Both the position numbers and the translations under genes were made by a program. Positions 15,393-23,876 of a stretch of DNA of 23,876 bases are shown here, one piece after another. The notes beneath the pieces were generated by a model, which saw only the letters and a program-made list of their open reading frames with translations, had not been told where the DNA came from and searched no databases. The DNA is from a virus. Its lineage: Duplodnaviria > Heunggongvirae > Uroviricota > Caudoviricetes. Position 1 is the first letter of the stretch. The number at the start of each line of letters is the position of its first letter. The DNA is taken from IMG/VR virus record IMGVR_UViG_2529292889_000002. One strand, given 5' to 3'.

Positions 15393-18369
15393 TTTGGGGA
15401 TTGATGCGGCAGAGTTTAAAAATGAAATCCCCCGTATCAAAAACCTTCTGAATGGTGCAGCCAGCGATGCAGAACGGTCTTCTGCCCGTATGCAGCGTTT
15501 TATGGAGCGTCAGACTCAGGCCGCCCGGCAGACAACGCAGGCGGCTTCTTCGGCTGCAACAGCCGCATCCGTCCATGCGCAGACGGTGGAGAAGAACGCA
15601 CAGGCTCATGAACGCATGGCCCGCGAGGTGGAGAAAACCCGCCAGCGCATGGAGGCGCTGAGCCAGAAAATGCGCGAGGAACAGGCGCAGGCCATGGCTC
15701 TGGCGGAGGCTCAGGATAAAGCGGCTGCTGCGTTTTATCGTCAGATTGACAGTGTGAAACAGGCCAGAAACAGTGGCGGGATTGGTCAGCAGGATTATCT
15801 GGCGCTGATTTCTGAGGTTACGGCGAAAACCCGTGTTCTTACACAGGCTGAGGAAGAGGCTACCCGACAGAAAGTGGCGTTTATCCGTCAGCTTAAAGAG
15901 CAGGCAACCCGCCAGAATCTTTCTTCTTCTGAGTTGCTTCGTGCTAAGGCTGCCCAACTGGGGGTAAGCAGTGCTGCAGAAGTGTATATCCGCAAAATGG
16001 AGCAGGCAGGAAAAGCCACGCATTCGCTGGGTCTGAAAAGTGCAGCGGCCCGCCAGGAGATAGGCGTTCTGATAGGTGAACTGGCCCGCGGCAATTTAGG
16101 TGCGCTGAGGGGATCCGGGATAACGCTGGCTAACCGTGCCGGGTGGATAGACACACTGATGTCACCGAAAGGCATGATGCCAGGCGGGGTTATTGGCGGT
16201 ATTGCCGCGGCTGTCTATGGTCTGGGTAAAGCCTGGTATGACGGTCAGAAGGAGGGGGAAGAATTTAACCGCCAGCTGTCGCTGACGGGGCATTATGCCG
16301 GAGTCACTGCCGGGCAGCTGTGGACGCTCAGTCGTGCTATTTCCGGGAATGGTATCACGCAACATGCTGCAGCCGGTGCGCTGGCTCAGGTGGTGGGGAG
16401 TGGTGCATTTCGTGGAAACGATATCGGTATGGTGGCGAGAGCTGCCGCACAGATGGAGCGATCTGTTGGCCAGTCGGTCAGCGATACCATAAATCAGTTT
16501 AAGCGGCTGAAGGATGATCCTGTAAATGCCGCGAAGGCTCTGGACAATGAGCTGCATTTTCTTACTGCCACTCAGCTTGAGCAGATACGTGTCCTTGGGG
16601 ATCAGGGACGGTCCAGTGATGCTGCACGGATAGCCATGTCTGCACTGGCAGAGGAAACCGGTCGGCGTACTGCGGATATTGATAATAACCTCAATGCGCT
16701 TGGTAGTACGCTGAAGTATCTGTCTGATTTGTGGAGTCGTTTCTGGGATGCGGCCATGAATATTGGTCGTGAAGACTCGCTGGATGAACAGATTGCCGCT
16801 TTACAGGAGAAAGTGTCGCGGGCGAAAAGACTCCCCTGGACGGCATCATCTTCTCAGGTTGAATACGATCAGCAGCGTCTTAACGATCTTCAGGAGAAAA
16901 AACGCCAGAAGGATTTGCAGGATGCAAAAGAGCAGGCAGAGCGGAATTATCAGGAGCAACAGAAACGCCGTAATGCTGAAAATGCTGCACTGAACCGGAT
17001 GAATGAAACGGAAGCAGCACGGCATCAGCGTGAAATTGCGCGTATTAATGCCATGCAGTACGCCGATCAGGCTGTCAGGGATGCGGCGATACAACGTGAA
17101 AATGAACGTTACGAGAAAGCCCTGGCATCCGGTAAGAAAAAAACACGCGCAACCCGTAATGATGAGGCCACCCGGTTATTGCTGCAGTACAGTCAGCAAC
17201 AGGCACAGGTGGAAGGGCAGATTGCTGCTGCAAGACAGTCAGCAGGCATTGCCACTGACAGGATGACAGAAGCGCATAAACAGCTTCTGGCTCTGCAGCA
17301 GCGCATCAGCGACCTGGACGGGAAAAAACTGACGGCAGATGAAAAGAGTGTGCTTGCCCGTAAAGATGAACTGATTCAGGCATTGACGCTGCTGGATGTA
17401 AAACAGCAGGAGCTTCAGAAACAGACGGCACTCAACGAGCTGAAGAAAAAAACAATTCAGCTGACCAGTCAACTGGCTGAAGAAGAGCGCGCTCAGCGTC
17501 AGCAACATGACCTGGATATCGCCACGGTGGGTATGGGTGATCAGCAGCGGCAGCGATATCAGGTACAACTGAGTCTTCGCCAGAAATACCAGCAACAGCT
17601 GGAGCAGTTGAGGCGGGATAGTGAGCAGAAAGGGACATATAACACGGATGACTACAGAAAGGCCGAGCAGGCGCTGACGGAGAGCCTGAACCGACAACTG
17701 AATGAGAATCGCCGTTACTGGCAACAGCTTGAAATTGCTCAGGGTGACTGGAAAAACGGAGTCCTGCGTGCACTCCAGAATGTCACTGAGAATGCGGATA
17801 ACACAGCCGGGACAGTGGAACAGTTGTTCACGTCTGCGTTCAGTAGCATGAGTGACTGGCTGGCGACATTCTGTACTACAGGCAAACTCAATTTCAAATC
17901 CTTCACCTCTTCTGTGCTGTCAGATATGTCCAGAATCATGGCTCAGATAGCTTTAATGAAAGCGGTAAAAGGCATTGCTTCCGCGCTGCCTTTTGATTTT
18001 GTAGCTAATGCTGATGGCGGTGTTTATCAGTCGGCTGATTTGAGTCGCTACAGTGGCACGGTGGTTAACCGTCCGACGTTTTTTGCTTTTGCAAAAGGCG
18101 CGGGTGTGATGGGGGAAGCTGGACCTGAAGCCATTCTGCCACTGCGTCGTGGTGCTGACGGTAAGCTGGGGGTTGTGGCGGATATTGGTGGTTCAGGTAT
18201 GGCGATGTTTGCCCCGCAGTACAACATCGAGATCAATAACGATGGCACGAACGGGCAGATAGGTCCGGCTGCCCTGAAGGTGGTTTATGACCTTGGGAAA
18301 AAAGCGGCAGCGGACTTTATGCAACAGCAGGCCCGTGATGGTGGTCGGTTAAGTGGAGCATATCGGTAA
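15364..18369 (+). CDS. H: Tail tape measure protein H
   Basis: 1001 aa, highly alpha-helical Q/A/R/E-rich coiled-coil composition; GGAGG SD 8 nt upstream; position between G-T and M. Confidence 0.9.
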   Translation: MDQIANLVIDLGIDAAEFKNEIPRIKNLLNGAASDAERSSARMQRFMERQTQAARQTTQAASSAATAASVHAQTVEKNAQAHERMAREVEKTRQRMEALSQKMREEQAQAMALAEAQDKAAAAFYRQIDSVKQARNSGGIGQQDYLALISEVTAKTRVLTQAEEEATRQKVAFIRQLKEQATRQNLSSSELLRAKAAQLGVSSAAEVYIRKMEQAGKATHSLGLKSAAARQEIGVLIGELARGNLGALRGSGITLANRAGWIDTLMSPKGMMPGGVIGGIAAAVYGLGKAWYDGQKEGEEFNRQLSLTGHYAGVTAGQLWTLSRAISGNGITQHAAAGALAQVVGSGAFRGNDIGMVARAAAQMERSVGQSVSDTINQFKRLKDDPVNAAKALDNELHFLTATQLEQIRVLGDQGRSSDAARIAMSALAEETGRRTADIDNNLNALGSTLKYLSDLWSRFWDAAMNIGREDSLDEQIAALQEKVSRAKRLPWTASSSQVEYDQQRLNDLQEKKRQKDLQDAKEQAERNYQEQQKRRNAENAALNRMNETEAARHQREIARINAMQYADQAVRDAAIQRENERYEKALASGKKKTRATRNDEATRLLLQYSQQQAQVEGQIAAARQSAGIATDRMTEAHKQLLALQQRISDLDGKKLTADEKSVLARKDELIQALTLLDVKQQELQKQTALNELKKKTIQLTSQLAEEERAQRQQHDLDIATVGMGDQQRQRYQVQLSLRQKYQQQLEQLRRDSEQKGTYNTDDYRKAEQALTESLNRQLNENRRYWQQLEIAQGDWKNGVLRALQNVTENADNTAGTVEQLFTSAFSSMSDWLATFCTTGKLNFKSFTSSVLSDMSRIMAQIALMKAVKGIASALPFDFVANADGGVYQSADLSRYSGTVVNRPTFFAFAKGAGVMGEAGPEAILPLRRGADGKLGVVADIGGSGMAMFAPQYNIEINNDGTNGQIGPAALKVVYDLGKKAAADFMQQQARDGGRLSGAYR

Positions 18370-18698
18370 TGGAGACGTTTCACTGGAAAGTGCGCCCGGA
18401 TATGAATGTGGTATCAGAGCCGAAAGTGGTGACAGTGAAGCTGGGCGATGGTTATGAACAGCGTCGTGCGGCGGGACTGAATAACCAGTTGTCGACTTAC
18501 AGCGTGACGATACGTGTTCGTAAATGTGAACACCCATCTTTAAAAGCCTTTCTGGAACGGCACGGTGGCGTCCGCGCATTTCAGTGGACGCCACCTTATG
18601 ACTGGAAGCCGATCAGGGTGGTTTGTCGTAAATGGTCGGCAAGCGTGGGGGCGCTGTGGGTAACCATAACGGCAGATTTTGAACAGGTCGTGGCATAG
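18369..18698 (+). CDS. M: Minor tail protein M (tail tip)
   Basis: 109 aa, strongly similar to lambda M as recalled (FHWKV.P.M.V.S.P.V..V.LGDGY.QR...GLN..L.TYSVT); start overlaps H stop; ends with TAG. Confidence 0.9.
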   Translation: METFHWKVRPDMNVVSEPKVVTVKLGDGYEQRRAAGLNNQLSTYSVTIRVRKCEHPSLKAFLERHGGVRAFQWTPPYDWKPIRVVCRKWSASVGALWVTITADFEQVVA

Positions 18699-18707
18699 GA
18701 GGCCCTG

Positions 18708-19406
18708 ATGCAGGATATTCCACAGGAAACACATCATGAGACGACACGCCTTACTCAGTCAGCCCAGGTGGTGCTCTGGGAAATCGATCTGACAGAGGTC
18801 GGTGGTGAACGTTATTTTTTCTGTAATGAGCAGAACGAAAAAGGTGAGCCGGTCACCTGGCAGGGGCGGCAGTATCAGGCATACCCCATTCAGGGGACGG
18901 GATTTGAACTGAACGGTAAGGGCAGTGCTGCCCGTCCGACACTGACGGTCTCTAACCTGCACGGCATGGTCACCGGGATGGTGGAAGATATGCAGAGTCT
19001 GGTCGGCGGAACGGTGGTCAGGCGTAAGGTTTACGCCCGTTTTCTGGATGCGGTGAACTTCGTCAACGGAAACAGTGACGCCGATCCGGAGCAGGAGGTG
19101 ATCAGCCGCTGGCGCATCGAGCAGTGTAGCGAACTGAGTGCGGTCAGTGCCTCCTTTGTGTTGTCCACACCGACGGAAACGGACGGCGCTGTTTTTCCGG
19201 GGCGCATCATGCTGGCCAACACCTGCACCTGGACCTATCGCGGTGATGAGTGCGGTTATAGCGGTCCGGCTGTCGCGGATGAATATGACCAGCCGACGTC
19301 CGATATCACGAAAGATAAATGCAGCAAATGCCTGAGTGGCTGTAAGTTTCGCAATAACGTCGGCAACTTTGGCGGCTTCCTTTCCATTAACAAACTTTCG
19401 CAGTAA
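18708..19406 (+). CDS. L: Minor tail protein L (tail tip, Cys cluster)
   Basis: 232 aa; C-terminal Cys cluster (DECGY...DKCSKCLSGC) as in lambda L. Confidence 0.9.
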   Translation: MQDIPQETHHETTRLTQSAQVVLWEIDLTEVGGERYFFCNEQNEKGEPVTWQGRQYQAYPIQGTGFELNGKGSAARPTLTVSNLHGMVTGMVEDMQSLVGGTVVRRKVYARFLDAVNFVNGNSDADPEQEVISRWRIEQCSELSAVSASFVLSTPTETDGAVFPGRIMLANTCTWTYRGDECGYSGPAVADEYDQPTSDITKDKCSKCLSGCKFRNNVGNFGGFLSINKLSQ

Positions 19407-19411
19407 ATCCC

Positions 19412-20155
19412 ATGACAGAGACAGAATCAGCGATTCTGGCGCACGCCCGGCGATGTGCGCCAGCGGAGTCGTGTGGCTTCGTGGTGAGAACGCCGGAAGG
19501 GGAAAGATATTTTCCCTGCGTGAATATCTCCGGTGAGCCGGAGGCGTATTTCCGGATGTCGCCGGATGACTGGCTGCAGGCAACACTGCACGGTGAGATT
19601 GTGGCGCTGGTCCACAGTCACCCCGGTGGTCTGCCCTGTCTGAGTGAAGCCGACCGGCGGCTGCAGGTGCAGAGTGATTTGCCGTGGTGGCTGGTCTGCC
19701 GGGGGGCGATTCACAAGTTCCGCTGTGTGCCGCATCTCACCGGGCGGCGCTTTGAGCACGGGGTGACGGACTGTTACACACTGTTCCGGGATGCTTACCA
19801 TCTGGCGGGAATTGAGATGCCTGATTTTCATCGTGAGGATGACTGGTGGCGTCACGGTCAGAATCTCTATCTGGATAATCTGGAGGCAACGGGGCTGTAT
19901 CAGGTTCCGTTGTCAGCGGCGCAGCCGGGCGATGTGCTGCTGTGCTGTTTTGGTTCATCGGTGCCGAATCATGCCGCCATTTACTGTGGTGACGGCGAGC
20001 TGCTGCACCATATTCCTGAACAACTGAGCAAACGAGAGAGGTATACCGACAAATGGCAGCGACGCACACACTCCCTCTGGCGTCACCGGGCATGGCACGC
20101 ATCTGCCTTTACGGGGATTTGCAACGATTTGGCCGCCGCATCGACCTTCGTGTGA
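19412..20155 (+). CDS. K: Tail tip assembly protein K (JAMM/MPN plus NlpC/P60-like domains)
   Basis: HSHPGG...SEAD metalloprotease-like motif and a downstream Cys/His region; overlaps I by about 100 nt, as I recall for lambda K/I. Confidence 0.85.
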   Translation: MTETESAILAHARRCAPAESCGFVVRTPEGERYFPCVNISGEPEAYFRMSPDDWLQATLHGEIVALVHSHPGGLPCLSEADRRLQVQSDLPWWLVCRGAIHKFRCVPHLTGRRFEHGVTDCYTLFRDAYHLAGIEMPDFHREDDWWRHGQNLYLDNLEATGLYQVPLSAAQPGDVLLCCFGSSVPNHAAIYCGDGELLHHIPEQLSKRERYTDKWQRRTHSLWRHRAWHASAFTGICNDLAAASTFV

Positions 20156-20694
20156 AAACGGGGGCTGAAGCCATCCGGGCACTGGCCACGCAGATCCCGG
20201 CGTTTCGTCAGAAACTGAGCGACGGCTGGTATCAGGTACGGATTGCCGGGCGTGATGCAGGCGAAAACGAATTATCATCCCGTCTTAATGAGCCGCTGGC
20301 AAATGGTGCAGTGATCCACATCGTACCGCGTCTGGCTGGTGCCAAAAGTAGCGGCGTGTTTCAGGCGGTGCTGGGGGCGGCGCTGATTGCTACGGCAATC
20401 TGGATGCCAGGAATCAGTATCGCTTTCAGTGACATTCTCTTTTCAATGGGCGCGGCGATGACACTTGGTGGTGTTGCACAGATGCTGGCACCGAAAGCCA
20501 GCACAGCAACAGCCAGTACCACGGATAACGGTAAGCAGAACACCTATTTCTCCTCTCTGGATAACATGGTTGCCCAGGGCAATGTTCTGCCTGTTCTGTA
20601 CGGTGAAATGCGCGTGGGGTCACGCGTGGTTTCTCAGGAGATCAGCACGGCAGACGAAGGGGATGGTGGTCAGGTTGTGGTGATTGGTCGCTGA
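20053..20694 (+). CDS. I: Tail tip assembly protein I
   Basis: 213 aa; N- and C-terminal thirds closely match lambda I as recalled (MAATHTLPLASPGMARICLYGDLQRFGRR...; ...NGKQNTYFSSLDNMVAQGNVLPVLYGEMRVGSRVVSQEIS); central segment divergent. Confidence 0.85.
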   Translation: MAATHTLPLASPGMARICLYGDLQRFGRRIDLRVKTGAEAIRALATQIPAFRQKLSDGWYQVRIAGRDAGENELSSRLNEPLANGAVIHIVPRLAGAKSSGVFQAVLGAALIATAIWMPGISIAFSDILFSMGAAMTLGGVAQMLAPKASTATASTTDNGKQNTYFSSLDNMVAQGNVLPVLYGEMRVGSRVVSQEISTADEGDGGQVVVIGR

Positions 20695-20715
20695 TGCAAA
20701 ATGTTTTATGTGATA

Positions 20716-20740
20716 CCGCCTGCGGGCGGTTTTGTCGTTT
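20716..20740 (+). terminator. Weak terminator-like hairpin between I and J
   Basis: CCGCC-TGCG-GGCGG 5-bp stem followed by TTTTGTCGTTT. Confidence 0.25.
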
Positions 20741-20754
20741 ATGGAGCGTGAGGA

Positions 20755-23700
20755 ATGGGTAAAGGCAGCAGTAAGGGGCATACCCCGCGCGAAGCGAAGG
20801 ACAACCTCAAATCCACGCAGTTGCTGAGTGTGATTGATGCCATCAGCGAAGGGCCGATTGAAGGTCCGGTGGATGGATTAAAAAGCGTGCTGCTGAACAG
20901 TACGCCGGTGCTGGACAGTGAAGGTAATACCAATATATCCGGCGTCACGGTGGTGTTCCGGGCCGGTGAGCAGGAGCAGTCACCGCCGGAGGGATTTGAA
21001 TCCTCCGGCTCTGAGACGGTGCTGGGTACGGAAGTGAAATACGACACGCCGATCACCCGGACCATCACGTCTGCAAACATCGACCGTCTGCGCTTTACCT
21101 TCGGTGTGCAGGCACTGGTGGAAACCACCTCAAAGGGGGACCGGAATCCGTCGGAAGTCCGCCTGCTGGTTTAGATACAGCGTAACGGTGGCTGGGTGAC
21201 GGAAAAAGACATCACCATTAAAGGCAAAACCACCTCACAGTATCTGGCATCGGTGGTGGTGGGTAACCTGCCGCCGCGCCCGTTCAATATCCGGATGCGC
21301 AGGATGACGCCGGACAGCACCACAGACCAGCTGCAGAACAAAACGCTCTGGTCGTCATACACCGAAATCATCGATGTGAAACAGTGCTACCCGAACACGG
21401 CACTGGTCGGCGTACAGGTGGATTCGGAGCAGTTCGGCAGCCAGCAGGTGAGCCGTAATTATCATCTGCGCGGGCGTATTCTGCAGGTGCCGTCGAACTA
21501 TAACCCGCAGACGCGGCAATACAGCGGTATCTGGGACGGAACGTTTAAGCCAGCATACAGCAATAACATGGCCTGGTGTCTGTGGGATATGCTGACCCAT
21601 CCACGCTACGGCATGGGGAAACGTCTTGGTGCGGCGGATGTGGACAAATGGGCGCTGTATGTCATCGGCCAGTACTGCGACCAGTCAGTGCCGGACGGCT
21701 TTGGCGGCACGGAGCCGCGCATCACCTGTAATGCGTACCTGACCACACAGCGCAAGGCGTGGGATGTGCTCAGTGATTTCTGCTCGGCGATGCGCTGTAT
21801 GCCGGTATGGAACGGGCAGACGCTGACGTTCGTGCAGGACCGACCGTCGGATAAGGTGTGGACCTATAACCGCAGTAATGTGGTGATGCCGGATGATGGC
21901 GCGCCGTTCCGCTACAGCTTCAGCGCCCTGAAAGACCGCCATAATGCCGTTGAGGTGAACTGGATTGACCCGAACAACGGCTGGGAGACGGCGACAGAGC
22001 TTGTGGAGGATACGCAGGCCATTGCCCGTTACGGTCGTAACGTCACGAAGATGGATGCTTTTGGCTGTACCAGCCGGGGGCAGGCACACCGCGCCGGGCT
22101 GTGGCTGATTAAAACAGAACTGCTGGAAACGCAGACCGTGGACTTCAGCGTGGGCGCAGAAGGGCTTCGCCATGTGCCGGGCGATGTCATTGAAATCTGT
22201 GATGATGACTATGCCGGTATCAGCATCGGCGGGCGCGTGCTGGCGGTAAACAGCCAGACCCGGACGCTGACGCTCGACCGTGAAATCACGCTGCCATCCT
22301 CCGGTACCACGCTGATAAGCCAGGTTGACGGAAGTGGCAATCCGGTCAGCGTGGAGGTCCAGTCCGTCACCGACGGCGTGAAGGTAAAAGTGAGCCGTGT
22401 TCCTGACGGCGTTGCCGGATACAGCGTGTGGGGGCTGAAGCTGCCGACGCTGCGCCAGCGCCTGTTCCGCTGCGTGAGTATCCGTGAGAACGACGACGGC
22501 ACGTATGCCATCACCGCCGTGCAGCATGTACCGGAAAAAGAAGCCATCGTGGATAACGGGGCGCACTTTGACGGCGACCAGAGCGGCACGGTGAATGGTG
22601 TCACGCCGCCAGCAGTGCAGCACCTGACTGCCGAAGTCACCGCAGACAGCGGGGAGTATCAGGTACTGGCCCGCTGGGATACGCCGAAGGTGGTGAAGGG
22701 CGTGAGTTTCATGCTTCGCCTGACCGTGGCAGCGGATGACGGCAGTGAGCGGCTGGTCAGCACAGCCCGGACGGCGGAAACCACATACCGCTTCACACAA
22801 CTGGCGCTGGGGAACTACAGGCTGACAGTCCGGGCAGTAAATGCGTGGGGGCAGCAGGGCGATCCGGCATCGGTATCGTTCCGGATTGCCGCACCGGCAG
22901 CGCCGTCGCAGATTGAGCTGACACCGGGGTATTTTCAGATAACCGCCACGCCGCATCTTGCGGTTTATGATCCGACGGTACAGTTTGAGTTCTGGTTCTC
23001 GGAAAAGCGGATTGCGGATATCAGGCAGGTTGAAACCAGCGCGCGCTATCTTGGCACGGGGATGTACTGGATAGCCGCCAGTATCAATATCAAACCGGGC
23101 CATGATTATTACTTTTATATCCGCAGTGTGAACACCGTTGGCAAATCGGCATTCGTGGAGGCTGTCGGTCAGGCGAGCGATGATGCGGAAGGTTACCTGG
23201 ATTTTTTCAAAGGCCAGATAACCGAATCCCATCTCGGCAAGGAGCTGCTGGAAAAAGTCGAGCTGACGGAGGATAACGCCAGCAAACTGGAGGAGTTTTC
23301 GAAAGAGTGGCAGGACGCTAACGATAAGTGGAATGCCATGTGGGGCGTCAAAATTGAGCAGACCAAAGACGGCAAACATTATGTCGCGGGTATTGGCCTC
23401 AGCATGGAGGACACGGAAGAAGGCAAGCTGAGCCAGTTTCTGGTTGCCGCTAACCGTATCGCGTTTATTGACCCGGCAAACGGGAATGAAACGCCGATGT
23501 TTGTGGCGCAGGGCAATCAGATATTTATGAACGACGTGTTCCTGAAGCGCCTGACGGCCCCGACCATTACCAGTGGTGGAAATCCACCGGCATTTTCCCT
23601 GACATCAGACGGAAAGCTGATCGCTAAAAATGCGGATATCAGTGGCAGTGTGAATGCGAACGCCGGGACGCTCAACAATGTCACGGTAAATGAAAACTGT

Positions 23701-23876
23701 ACGATTAAGGGCATGCTGGAGGCGACTCAGGTCAGAGGTGACTTCGTTAAAGCTGTATCCAAATCATTCCCGAAACAGGCTGGTACGTGGGGTAATACGG
23801 AAACACCAAACGGGACGGTTACAGTCACCATCAGCGATGATCATAACTTTGACCGTCAAATCATTATTCCGCCCAT
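20755..23876 (+). pseudogene. J: Host specificity / central tail fibre protein J, interrupted by an in-frame TAG at 21172-21174; 3' end beyond window
   Basis: N-terminal 139 codons and the following about 900 codons are in one frame and closely match lambda J as recalled; they are separated by a single TAG where I recall lambda having CAG (Gln). The frame then stays open to the last base of the window. Confidence 0.75.

Noticed and set aside
15274-16023. 249-aa ORF on the minus strand
   Set aside because: Antisense to the T/H tape-measure region; Leu/Arg/Ser-rich shadow ORF, no SD, and no room in the tail operon.
18759-19586. 275-aa ORF on the minus strand
   Set aside because: Antisense to L and K, which are well supported; composition typical of a shadow ORF.
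21685-23379. 564-aa ORF on the minus strand
   Set aside because: Lies entirely antisense to J, whose frame is strongly supported by protein similarity; the translation is Arg/Gly/Pro/His-rich low-complexity sequence typical of a shadow ORF in GC-rich coding DNA.
1-23876. CRISPR arrays, IS elements, integrase or att sites
   Set aside because: No regularly spaced direct repeats, no terminal inverted repeats flanking a transposase-like ORF, and no tyrosine/serine recombinase ORF are present; the window is internal to the prophage late region.

Overview
This window is the late (lysis and morphogenesis) region of a mosaic lambdoid prophage from an E. coli-like enterobacterial host. All convincing genes are on the + strand. 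Calls rest on reading the ORF-track translations and the DNA by eye; no database search or computation was run, and similarities to lambda or phage 21 proteins are recalled from memory. Order: 3' end of the nin region (YbcO-like, RusA, NinH-like), lambda-type antiterminator Q with a pR'/qut-like region, an AT-rich inserted cargo segment (polytopic membrane protein, small ORFs, a + strand terminator and a candidate minus-strand sRNA), a phage-21-type lysis cassette (dual-start pinholin, SAR endolysin, Rz/Rz1), a Rha-family gene broken by an in-frame TAG, a lambda-like cos site, then terminase small and large subunits, W-like protein, portal, protease-capsid fusion, decoration-like protein, FII/Z/U/V, G and G-T (-1 frameshift), tape measure H, M, L, K, I and J. 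J carries an in-frame TAG and runs off the window end. No tRNA, CRISPR array, integrase or IS element was found. The most interesting part is the cargo segment between Q and the holin (about 1.53-3.39 kb).
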